Shown here piece after piece: positions 1-10,444 of a stretch of DNA of 46,157 nt. The stretch's first letter is position 1. The number at the start of each line of letters is the position of its first letter. A model generated the notes under the pieces. That model did not search any database, had not been told where the DNA came from, and was given only the letters and a program-made list of their open reading frames with translations. The stretch spans positions 1 to 46,157 of the forward strand of contig JAXLNO010000506.1 of assembly GCA_038087875.1 (NCBI GenBank), read 5' to 3'. This stretch comes from Malacoraja senta (lineage: Eukaryota). The position numbers and the translations under genes were made by a program.

Positions 1-87
1 CCTCATTTCAAATGTTCCGATTTTTCACACTTGTTTAACTTAAAAATCGGAACAAATACGGTAAAATCGGACTAGTTGGCAGGAATG

Positions 88-900
88 CATTAGCTTTCTT
101 CACTGCCTGCTGTGCCTGCATGCTTACTTTCAGCGACTGGTGTACAAGGACACCCAGGTCTCGTTGCATCTCCCCTTCTCCAAATCTGACACCGTTCAGA
201 TAATAATCTTCCTTCCTGTTCTAGCCATCAAACCGGATAACCTTACATTTATCCACATTATACTGCATCTGGCATGCATCTGTCCACTACCCAACCTATC
301 CAAGTCGCCCTGCAGCCTCATAGTATCCTCCTCGCACCTCACACTGCCACCGAGCTTTGTGTCATCCGCAAGCTTGTAGATGTCACATTCAATTCCCCCG
401 TATAAATCGTAAATATAAATTGTAAATAACTGGGATCCCAGCACTGAACCTCACTTGTCAATGCCTGACGTTCTGAAAAGGACCCGTTAATTCCGATGAG
501 AGGTTAGCTGGTCAAAAATTCCCCGTTTTCTCACTCCTTCCTTCTGAAAAAGTGGGGTTACATTGGCTACCCTCAGGAACTGATCAGAGTCGGGAGAACA
601 TTGGAAAATGATAACCAATGCATCGACGAGTTCTGGGGCCTCCTCCTTGACTACTGGGGATTTATGTGCCTTCAGTCCTAACAGTTTACCTAACACCATT
701 TATTGACTAATGTGCATTCAGTTCCCGCTTCATTCCATCTCTCCCACTGTATCCTCGGTTCCTCAATATTTCCAGAAAATTGTTTGTGACTTCCTTAGTG
801 AAGAGAGAACCAAAGTACTCGTTTAATTGTTCTGCCATTTCTTTGTTTCCCGTCATAAATTCACCTGTCTCTGATGGTGAGGGACCTACATTTGACTTCA
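88..900 (-). mobile_element. CR1-type LINE ORF2 (reverse transcriptase) remnant
   Basis: Broken ORFs 196-444, 487-699 and 707-901 read ...QLFTIYIYDL...KLADDTKLGG, LVIIFQCS...ANVTPLF and EMAEQLNEYFGSLFTKE, typical CR1 RT motifs. Paralogous to 32290-33140. Confidence 0.85.
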
Positions 901-2020
901 CACTAAACTCAAACTATGAACTATCAACTCAAATGCGGCAGCGACTCGGTGGGCCGAAGGGACGGTTTCCGCGCTGTGGGGGGGGGGGGGGGGGGCGGGG
1001 GAGCGTGGGGGGAGAACGGGAGGGAAGAGAAGGGGAGGGAGAAGATTACAGAGACAGCGAATGGGGATGTAAGGGCAGTAGGGGAGGGGGATACAGAGAC
1101 GGGGAGAGGGTGTGTAGAGGCGGAGGGGAAGGGGTTACTCGAACTAACACTAAATTATACTCTGATCTCTTACCTTAACTCTAAACTCAAACTCTGCACT
1201 CAGCTGAAACTATACTAAACATAAATCAAACACTAAATTCAAACCATGAACTAAATGTAAAACTAAGCGCCAGTGATCCCCGGTAGGTTGGACACCGGGG
1301 GGGGAGAGGAATCGGAGCGGACAGAAACCATTCTTCATGACAACCATTTTATTGATAGTTTCCAGTTGTACAGACAGTGAGAGGCGGAGACCTGGCGCGG
1401 CCGCCGGGGGCACGGGCTCAGTTTGCCGCGATGGTGCTCTCGATCCCGGAAACGTAGTTGCAGATGCGAGTGTAGACGCCGCGTTGGCCCCTCTCCGTAC
1501 ACCCGTATCCCGACGATCCCACTCCCTGGAGCAATCCGTTATACACCACGGTCCCGCCGGCATCACTCTGTCACAAGGACAGCCGCGAGAGGAGGTTAAT
1601 TGGCTTCGGTAAAGATTGTAAATTGTCCCTCGTGTTTGTGTAGGATAGTGTTAAGGGCCTGTCCCACATGGCCGTCTTTCGCGCGCCATTTACGCGACCT
1701 GCTAGCGTGTGTGTAGCGTGTGGGTACCGCGTGTGTAGGGCGTGGGCAGCGCGGGACGGGCGCATGGAGTGGTGCGGAGTAGTGTGGAGTGGCGTGGAGG
1801 AGTGTGGACTTCATCCTGCACGAAAACATCGCGTGCCTCGGCCAGTCGCGTAACTGACAGCCAAAGTGGTTCAGGCCCAAGACTCTGGCGCGGTGCAACG
1901 TCTCACCTCCAACAGCAGCAGAAGCAGGCAAACGATCCCCGAGCACGTCCTGGGGCTCACGGCCGTTGCGGATCCAGATCCGCCCCCACTCTTATTCCCA
2001 GAGTGGGGCCAAGACGATTG

Positions 2021-2212
2021 GAGATAGACACAATATGCTGCAGTAACTCAGCGGGACCGGCAGCATCTCTGGAGAGAAGCAATGGGTGACGTTTCGGGTC
2101 GAGACCCTTCTTCAGACTGAAGAATAGTCTCGACCAGAAACATCATCCATTCCTTCTCTCCAGAGATGCTGCCGGTCCCGTTGACTTACTCCTGCATTTT
2201 GTGTCTCTCTTC
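2021..2212. mobile_element. Penelope-like element terminal fragments in inverted (palindromic) arrangement
   Basis: ~95 bp arms inverted about cttcag-a-ctgaag (centre 2116). Each arm carries a CTGAAGA...GAAAC motif followed by ccattccttctctccagagatgctgcc. Confidence 0.7.
2084..2120 (-). ncRNA. Minimal type I hammerhead ribozyme motif (Penelope-type)
   Basis: Minus strand reads CUGAAGA-A-GGGU(CUCG)ACCC-GAAA-CG-UC-ACCC: conserved core, stem II and a palindromic ACGU stem III. Confidence 0.6.
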
Positions 2213-3215
2213 AAATGACATCACGCGGTCCAGACGTCTGTGCGGACGCGTGATGGCGCGCGCACCCGTCGGGCGTCAGTCACTACCGGCCTGTCGCGTA
2301 AATGACGGCCAAGTTGGACAGGCCCTTTAGTGTAAACGGGGTGATCGCTCGACAGCAGCGACACGATGGGCCGAACAACCTGTTTCGCGCTCAAGTGGGG
2401 AGCGAGGGGGGAGAAGGGAAGGGGACGGATAGGGACGGGTTTACCGATAAGTTAAGAGGGGGTGTAGGGGCCGGAGAGGAGGGGGTTACAGAGACGGGGA
2501 GAGGGGGTGTAGACCCCTTACTTACGAGTGGTGAGCTGCGGACACCACCCAGCGCGGGTTAATCAGGTCGCCGCTGCACATTTGGTGGCCGGGGAGAGGA
2601 AGAGAAGGGGGAGTAGAGGGGGATAGAGAGGAGGGGGGAAGAGAGGAGAGGAAAGGGAGAAGAGGGAGAGTGGAGGTATGTTGTGCCCGGGGGGAGTATA
2701 GTTACCGTCGAGTCCGAAGAGGACGAAGAGCAGAAGGGTTTTCATGTTGTGTGGGGTAGGGCGCGGATGCCTTTGGCGAGCAGCCGCACCTGTGCTCTTG
2801 CAAGCCCGTGTATACCGCCGGGCGAGGTTGTGGAGGGAGGGAGTGAGGGACGGAGGGAGGGAGGGACGGAGGGAGGGAGGGAAGGAGGGAGCGAGGTAGG
2901 GAGGGGTGAAGGGTGGGAGGGAAGGATAGAGGTGGGAAAGAGGGAGGGAGGAGTGAGAGGAGAATGGGACAGGAAGGGAGGGAGGGGAGGGGGGAGGGGG
3001 AGGGAGGTGGAGGGATGGACGGCAGGGGGAGTGAGGGGAGGGGGTTACAGAGAAATGGAGCGAGGAGAGGGTGAGGGGAGAGGGAGCTTGAGGGTGAGAA
3101 AGGAGATGGGACATGGGAGACTGAGAAGAGAAAGTGTGGTGGGTGTATGGAACGAGGTGCCGGAGGAGGCAATTGAGGCAGGGACTATCCCAACGTTTGA
3201 ACGACACGTTGAATT

Positions 3216-3508
3216 TATAGGCAGTGGGCCGAGCATCAAAAATGTGTCTAGAAATCGATTTTCGTGACCCACGTCCGGGAACTACATGATATGTTCCACA
3301 GATTTAGATGAAATATAATTGATAAGGATGTCATAACTCGTCAGTGCCGAAAGTTGCACATTAATTAATTAAACCAATTAGAAAATTATATCGGGAAAGT
3401 AAGCGCCATCATTTGGCCAATTCCCATATTACACCATGGGCAGCCTATTTCCGTGTTGCAGTCCATTTAAACTATATATAATTATACCTATATATATATA
3501 TAGCAGAA

Positions 3509-3590
<82 letters not shown>

Positions 3591-4153
3591 CTTGTAAATA
3601 TGACTGTAATCATATATAATTAAGTATAATTATATTATATAAAAATAATATGATGAATATAATTGTGAGTGTTTTTTGAATGACAATGTCGCAGAGGTCC
3701 TGCTCCTAAATCAGCCTAATTAATCGGTGAGGGCAGTACTTGTGTGTTCCTCCCTTTACTGAACCCCAAAGACTGCCAGTGTGCAGAGTTGGGGTCACGG
3801 CCATAGTGGGACTGGGGCACTTCCAGGCTGGGGTACAGTCTTGCAAGGCATCTTCCAGGCGTTGTAATATGAAATTTAATGAGACTGCAGCAGAGGTCCC
3901 AGGTTTTAAGGGCTCATGAACCTGCCTAATTAAAGGGTCAGGACAGATCCTCTGGATTCACCCGTTTACTGAACCCCACTGACTCCCATTGTGGGGAGAA
4001 TGGGGTTAACGGCCATAGTGGGACTGGGGCAGTGCCAGGCTGGGTGACAGACATCTAAGATACCTGTCTTATTTCTGATGTGAATATGAATCCTGACCAA
4101 GAATCGAATGCTCTGATGTTTACTCGATAAGTATTCATTTTTAGCTACAATGA
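3216..4153 (+). repeat. Left copy of ~0.9 kb direct repeat (partner 21749-22574); contains (TA)n and two ~200 bp tandem units
   Basis: Colinear match from tataggc.gtggg...aaaatgtgtctagaaatcgattttcgtgacc to ttagctacaatga. Confidence 0.9.
3488..3588. repeat. (TA)n microsatellite
   Basis: Direct reading. Confidence 0.95.
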
Positions 4154-4257
4154 GCCTATATTTGTTAGAGACCCCCGATGGTGCCTTTGCAAATGAAGGC
4201 TATTACCTTTAACCTAAAATAACCATAAAAGTGTTGCTTTGTTTGAGTATCTGTAGT

Positions 4258-4676
4258 TTGTGTGTGTGTCTGTGTATACCTGTCAAACGTGTATCTGTGG
4301 ATGTGTCGATGTAAGTGTGTTTGTATGTGTGGATGGATGGATGTGTGGATGTACTGTATGTGTGGATGTATGTGTGGATGTATGTGTGGATGTATGTGTG
4401 GATGTATGTGTGTGGATGTATGTGTACGCATGGATGTGTACATGTATGTCTGCGTGCGGATGGATGTGTGGATGTGTGTGGATGTACGTGTGCATGTATG
4501 TGTGTGTGTGCATGCATGGAAGTGTGCGTACGGATGGATGTGTGTGTGTATGTGTGTGTGTATGTATGTATGTATGTATGTATGTATGTATGTATGTGTG
4601 TATGTATGTATGTATGTCTGTATGTATGTATGTATGTATGTATGTATGTATGTATGTATGTATGTATGTATGTATG
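4258..4676. repeat. Compound (GT)n/(GGATGTATGTGT)n/(GTAT)n microsatellite
   Basis: Direct reading; accounts for the spurious MYVC/HTYI ORFs. Confidence 0.95.
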
Positions 4677-5487
4677 GATCGTGGGTGGACTGTCGCACTG
4701 TCATTCACCAGCACGCCATTATCACAAGTAATTCACTCATTGTTTAAATAATTTGACCAAATAAACAGTGAAAACGATCGACAGTAAAATAAAACTTTAT
4801 ATATTCATTTATTTCCCCAATTTATTTGTTTACATTACATCTGATCTTCATCTGAATATTCTTCATCAGATTCCAAGTCTTTTGACACGTTTTGATAAGT
4901 CCATTGATAAGTTAGTTCAAGTTCAAGTGGAGGGTCAGGTAGAGGCTACAAAAACCCCATCTCATAGTCATTAAGTCTGCATGGACATCAATTCATAAAA
5001 TTTCAAACTCTTCTTAATGTTAATGAGAATAACATTGCTACTACCATAGATAAATTAGTTCAAGTTTAAGTTCACATACACCATTTCATTTCTACATAAA
5101 CATCAGCCATTTCTGACCATTTCTCACTCCCATGGAAGCCTATAAAGTGCAGTGAATAATTCCTCCGTTTTTCTCCCGTGGTCGGGGCCTGGAAACGGCC
5201 GCTACGGACGGCAATATGTACAGCCTCCCCCCCCCACCCCCGCGGAAATGATCCAAACACACTTCGCGGCTCCGTGTTCGCGAATCGTCCGCTTCTTAAT
5301 TGAGACCGCGGCTTCACTATGTTAAGTACATAGGCCCCGCGGTTTGAGCACTTTTTCCCGGTAAGTTATCGCAGGCAGCTCCGAGAATAGATGTTAAAGA
5401 AAACTTATTAGACTTCAACAAGCTGGCATTAGTGGAAATATTTAATTTACTTTGTTATGGATACACATAGTTTAGGCCCTCAACTTC

Positions 5488-5610
5488 ATGAATGAATGAA
5501 TGAATGAATGAATGAATGAATGAATGAATGAGTGAGTGAATGAGTGAGTGAATGAATGAGTGAATGAGTGAATGAACGAGTGAATGAATGAATGAATGAA
5601 TGAGTGAATG
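5488..5610. repeat. (GAAT)n/(GAGT)n microsatellite
   Basis: Direct reading. Confidence 0.95.
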
Positions 5611-5829
5611 TACAGCCTCCAAATCTCATTTTTTCACATTATAAAAGGGTGCAATTAAATTAATTAAAGTACATATAGACTAATTTTCATACATTCAGAC
5701 TAGAGATCTTACCTTTCAGTTCCAGTTGATTCACAAAGTTTGACTGGTTTCACGACTTGGCTGTCCTCTTTGTGTTGCAGCACCTCAGCAGCGACTTTGC
5801 TTTCAAGGCTTTGTTCCACTTCTATCCAC

Positions 5830-7136
5830 GGGTTAATGTGATGGATGTAGCAGAACTTATTGTGAAATTAGAACAGTTGGAAAGAAGACATGGAAAGTGG
5901 GCTACTGGGATTTAAAGATGCCGAAACACTTAGTAAGGTAGGGGAGAAAGCACTGCAAATCTTTCTTGCGGGAGATAAAATTCTTAAACCCTATGAGCAG
6001 ACAATAAACAGAACGATAGACTGAGTAATCTACTGAGTAATATTTCTCAGGATGAGCGTAGGGAACAGGTATGTGGTATTTATTCCAACTGACTAACGTG
6101 TCATGTGCAGGGTGGCATTCTAATGTTCGCTACCCACCAAGTCCCCAATTGGATATCGAATCAACAACTGGAAAAATGGAGTCAAGATATGCCATCTGAC
6201 TGTCATGTAAGATCGTTGTCTATAGCGAGACAAGTGGATCGGATATACCAAGATGCTCAGGGAACATATGCTTTTGGAGTTGTTCGCCATGTCCCACGCC
6301 AGCTGAAGAATGAGACGTTTATCCTATACCAGTTGCATATTATCGGGCAGTAGAAACAAGGAGCTTCGATAACAATGCACAATGCTCTTGAACATAATGT
6401 GATAATTGATAAAGTACCAAGGGGCATCATATTGGACCGATGTCATCAAACAAGAAATAATGAGTATGATGGAGTTTGGTTGTGGATTAACTCATTATGA
6501 TAACGGTAAGCTTTCGATTGATGTAAAACCTAATGCTTCTTTTGCTAGTGTTTCCTATAAATGGGAAAATATTAGGTCGCTGCCTCTGCTAAGTGGCATT
6601 GAACGAGTACTCGGAAATGTACTCTACGTTGGCATAATATTGTAAACCGGAGTTTTACGAGACAGATCACTATCCGAGACAAGAAATTAATGGTATCGTC
6701 GGTGGGAAATTCGATAACAGTAAGCTTCATTGTCCTACGGAATGACTCGGATGAGACGTTAAGAAGATTTGTCGCAACAAACTTCAACCAATACCATACC
6801 TCCACGATGATTGGAAGACACTGACTAAGGAGGGTAAAATGGTTATACATAACTGGCCTGAGAGAACTAAGCTTATTCGGATGCATGGCAGAGAAGCAGA
6901 GGACGTATTGAGAAAATTGGCTTGGTGGGAAAGAGCCTGGAACTGGGGACTGAATACTAACGTGCACCCTTTGATTAGTTTTTGTACAGTTATTGATAGT
7001 GATTACTTTGTTCTTATTTTGGTTTCAGAGGAGGATATACGATAAGTTGAATACCCTTATGTTAGTTAGGCAGGTGGGAAGGGGAGATAACACACAACAA
7101 TTAGTTTCAGTAGGTGTATTAGTGGGTGCTGTTTAA
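5830..7136 (+). pseudogene. Degenerate viral envelope (type I membrane fusion glycoprotein) gene, C-terminal part
   Basis: Frameshifted frames join into VNVMDVAELIVKLEQL (heptad), then a Cys- and N-glycosylation-site-rich ectodomain (NRT, NIS, NET, NAS, NRS, NDS). It continues LAWWERAWNWGLN, TM FVQLLIVITLFLFWF-QRR, a short tail and TAA at 7134-7136, followed by a PPT and a TG-starting LTR. Confidence 0.6.
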
Positions 7137-7165
7137 TATGGATTAATTTGGTGTGACCAATTGCC

Positions 7166-7585
7166 AAGAGGGGAAAATGTAGATAGTTTTGTGAATTATA
7201 AGGACGATGAGTAGGTTATAGTTTGCGTAACCCTGGAGCTCACATACTGGCGAGCATGATGGGGAAATGGCCAAGATAGAACGTAGTTAAATTAGCTAAA
7301 AATGAAACAATTTGCTGAGGAGCGGGCATTCTTATGTCGGGGATGATAGCCCTTTGTAGTACTGTCTACGGCCTTATCCGTTGCAATTTTGCATTAGAGC
7401 TGCTCTTGGTCACTGTGTTTAGCAGGCAAATCTCCCAAGGTTTAACACACGCCTTACTTTACGAGCAGACTCAATCTGGACATTTATGGTAAATACATTT
7501 TAGATATATGGGAGGGAGACTTCTAAACAGCAAGAATCGTAAGCTTAAAATTAGCTTTGGGGACCGACAATGATGAAAGGTTACA
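7166..7585 (+). mobile_element. Polypurine tract and putative 3' LTR of the env-bearing retroelement
   Basis: aagaggggaaaa (7166-7177) immediately followed by TGTAG (7178). Candidate CA ends at 7569 (ccgaca) or 7585 (ttaca). Confidence 0.5.
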
Positions 7586-7599
7586 GATACATTAATGAA

Positions 7600-7689
7600 T
7601 ATTGGAATTGGTGGAGAGGTGGAATATTGCGTTGCGGGACCAGCCCTCCCGTGTTAGCATGGGACCCAACGGGTCGCACTTACTCTAGT
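7600..7689 (+). mobile_element. Helitron-like 3' terminus
   Basis: GC hairpin tgggaccc-aac-gggtcgca (7660-7678), followed after 6 nt by CTAG|T (7685-7689). Confidence 0.5.
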
Positions 7690-8130
7690 TTATACTAAAA
7701 CATGCAAAAACTACAATCTCCGCGTTAGAGTGTTCTTTCACCAGCTGCTACATTTTAGTTGTGTTATGAGCGGGAAAATGTTTCGCTGATGAACCATTAG
7801 TCCACAGGAATTATGTATTTCTATGGAAAACCGAAATATTCCGGTTCAATTCATCTGACATAAGACTTCCATTTCTGAGATATTTTATTCATAGTATGTT
7901 GCTGCGATCAAAGATCCAGTGGTTTGGAATATAATTCCACCAATGCAACATCACAACTGCAACAGGTAGCATGTGTCCACACTTTCCAAACGTGACTAAT
8001 TTAAGTGAGTATACCGGGTTCTCGGTTGTCAAGCGCATGTCTGCATTGACTTTATGGTATTTTGCCGAACGTACGAATTGTTAAAGACATTTATTTGAAA
8101 TTTCATCCAAGTTGCTATCAGAGTTACACG

Positions 8131-9029
8131 TCAAGTACATAATCGGCCATTCAATGTGAGTAGATATTTCACTCCACTCTTCAGCTGTTCCCTGAATTTC
8201 CTCTGTGTCAGTGTATAGATACACGTGTTTGTGCACATACTGACAATCTGCAACATAAATCCAAACTGCTGCAGGATATATACCGGGTTGCTGAAATATC
8301 TATCGGTGTAAAAGAAATTACGTGTTTGCCATTTCAGAGAATGAACCACATTGGGTATCGAAAATAATATGAAATTGCCTGATACAGCGAAGAGCAAAAT
8401 CATCGATTTTCTCCGGTTCTCCACCTCTGTATCCTTCTGGTTCTCATGGCTGTTCCGAAGTCCTCTGCGAACTCTATTGGCCGCTATGATATGTCTGCAA
8501 GTTAACCCATTGAACAACACGATTAAACCGATCGGTAACAACGGTGCTAAGATGCTGTCAAGTAACTCATAACCTTTCCATACCGACAAAGTGGAGTACT
8601 CCTCTGTGAGGGCGCAACGCCAAGGCACATTATCAATTATAACATAAGGCTCCACGGCAAAGTAAAAGGGAAACGATCGGGCGCAGCTGACGGCAGCCAC
8701 AGTCACCATAATCACACACGCTGCCTTCTCGCTGCTGTAGCGGTCACGTAGCTTTTGACAACAGATCGCCATAAAACGATCGCAAGTGAAACTGACGGTG
8801 AACCAAACGGAACAGTCGATTGTTACAACCCTTAGTATTAGTGTCAGAGCGCAAAGCGGAGTAATGAGCAAGGAACTAGCGTAAACGTATATGTTATTAA
8901 CTTGTTCAATTGCAGCAACAATGACAACTACCATTAGATCCGCTGTTGCCATTCCCACTAGGTAACGGGTGATGCATTTGGAGAGGCCACATTTCCCCCG
9001 GGAGAGGATCACAATCGCCGTTAAATTAA
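8131..9029 (-). CDS. Orphan class A GPCR (GPR139/GPR142-like), exon 2
   Basis: Open frame after the acceptor gtttcttgcag. Motifs: VNLTAIVILSRGKCGLSKCITRYLVGMATADL (TM1-2), CDRFMAICC (DRY variant), RRKSMILLFAVSGNF (TM6), NTCIY (NPxxY variant), TQRKFRE (helix 8). No stops or frameshifts. Confidence 0.9.
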
Positions 9030-9713
9030 CTGCAAGAAACAAAATAAAACGTTAGTTTCAATGAGCAAAAACCTGATCCAGTTTACTAAATTTCCGTTCG
9101 GAGAAATACTTCGAGCGGTGCTGATCGAAGAGGCAGATGTGTTGGTAATTTGCTGCAATTTACCGTCGGCATCCTAAAGTCTACGACGCACTGATCACCT
9201 CAGTAATTTCGAGTCGTTGCGTCAATCGAAATGAACTTCTATCAGAGAGCATTAGACTCAGGGTGAACTGCTTCCTCAGGCATATCAGACGTAGCGAGTG
9301 GAAACACAGCCATAAAATCAAAACTGGCAAATGAATCAGAGAACGATAAACCGGATGGTTTTTCAGCTAGTTGTGATAATTCAACAGGCATGTTGACGGA
9401 CATGTATATATTTCTCATTCGCTGACTCTTGGTGGATTAGTGTGTATTAATCAGACCCAGAGCTTGAAGCATATGCGCCAGAAACAATTTGAATACGGTT
9501 ACATGCTGAAAAAATGTAAACATTAGCTCTAACTTAACTGACCTGGTTGACAAAAGAACCACACATCAATAAGAACAAAATGGCAGAAATAAAACAGACG
9601 CTGAAGTCTGATCCTTCCGAAGACACTCGTCAGCTGAGGTAGCATCTGGGCTGGGTATCAAAGCGACTATTCTTCAGAGCAGCAGGTACAGAAAGGAAGG
9701 AGAACTGCACGCA

Positions 9714-9996
9714 GGGCGGCACGGTGCGCAGCGTTAAATGTGCTGCCTGACAGCGCCAACCACCCGGATTTGATCTTGACAGTTTGTACATTCTCCCCGT
9801 GAGCTTCTTAGGTTTTCTCCGGGATCTCCGATATCCGCCCACACTCCAAAGATGCACAGGTTTGTAGGCTGATCGGCTTGGTACAATTGCAAATTGACCC
9901 TAGCGTGGGAAGACAGTGTGCGGGGATTGCTGATTGGCGCGGGATCGGTTGATCGAAGGGCCTCTTTCCGCGCAGTTTTTCTGTACAAAACTAAAC
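9714..9996 (+). mobile_element. HE1/V-SINE-type tRNA-derived SINE in the GPCR intron
   Basis: gggcggcacggtgcgcagcg tRNA-like head, ttctccccgt...ccacactccaaaga core, CR1-like 3' end gaagggcct...ctaaac. Confidence 0.7.
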
Positions 9997-10017
9997 GTAC
10001 TAGTCGCAGTATCTTAC

Positions 10018-10087
10018 CAGGAATACCAACCGCCACAAGTACAGGGTAGAAAGTGCCGGCTATGTAGTAAATTGCTGGATATTCCAT
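10018..10087 (-). CDS. Orphan class A GPCR, exon 1
   Basis: ATG in strong context (gaaaATGG), MEYPAIYYIAGTFYPVLVAVGIP-G|gtaaga. The phase-1 join to exon 2 gives a 969 nt CDS (322 aa). Confidence 0.85.
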
Positions 10088-10163
10088 TTTCCATGTGAAG
10101 CAGCGAACAGTCGCACAGAACTTTCCAACTGTCCATCTGCACTGGTGATTGATTTAGCACACA

Positions 10164-10169
10164 TTTATA
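10164..10169 (-). promoter_or_regulatory. Candidate TATA box of the GPCR gene
   Basis: TATAAA on the minus strand ~77 bp upstream of the ATG. Confidence 0.45.
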
Positions 10170-10444
10170 CAAAAGAGGACATTACTCTGAGACAATTAGC
10201 GTGACCTCTGGCACATCAGCCACAGCCCACTGAACAAACATCAACCGTAACTGTTTTTTCTAATTGCGCAAGGAATTGCTGTCCTCAAGGGATTTCACGA
10301 ACTGTTAATTTTAATGTTTTTTTGTCACATTTTATAAAAAGGGAATGTTGCAAACTCTATTTCTATGACACGAGGGTAGAGTTTCTTAAATGTAATTATT
10401 CCTGCGAACAATATTATTTCTAACCTGAACAATGAACTTCAAAT

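Larger units (their letters stand above)
1654..2326. mobile_element. PIF/Harbinger-like MITE inserted in an HE1 SINE fragment
   Basis: TIRs agggcctgtcccac(a/t)tggccgtc / gacggccaagttggacaggccct and TTA target duplication (1651-1653, 2327-2329). The empty site ggatagtgttagtgtaaacgggg occurs at ~23544. Confidence 0.8.
1418..2745 (-). pseudogene. Trypsinogen-like pseudogene copy A (exon 1, 3' part of exon 2, exon 5; exons 3-4 absent)
   Basis: Exon 1 2706-2745 MKTLLLFVLFGLD-G|gt. Exon 2 remnant ~2526-2590 GHQMCSGDLINPRWVVSAAHHS|gtaagt. Exon 5 1418-1567 cag|[49 protein letters not shown], with catalytic Ser->Ala. AATAAA on the minus strand at 1348-1353. Confidence 0.85.

Noticed and set aside
1418..2745. 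Functional catalytically dead mini-trypsin made from exons 1-2-5
   Set aside because: Exon 2 has lost its acceptor, and exon 1 (phase 1) or exon 2 (phase 2) cannot join exon 5 (phase 0) in frame. The sister copies have further frameshifts and deletions.
2563..3267. Long Gly/Glu/Arg-rich or Pro/Ser-rich ORFs (also 26191-26996, 34351-34927, 38055-38600, 24040-24648)
   Set aside because: Low-complexity purine/pyrimidine tracts with no domain signal.
4165..4751. Six overlapping ORFs of 100-180 aa (HTYI/MYVC repeats)
   Set aside because: Translations of a stop-free microsatellite.
9714..9790. tRNA gene
   Set aside because: Degenerate tRNA-like head continuous with the SINE body and CR1-like tail.
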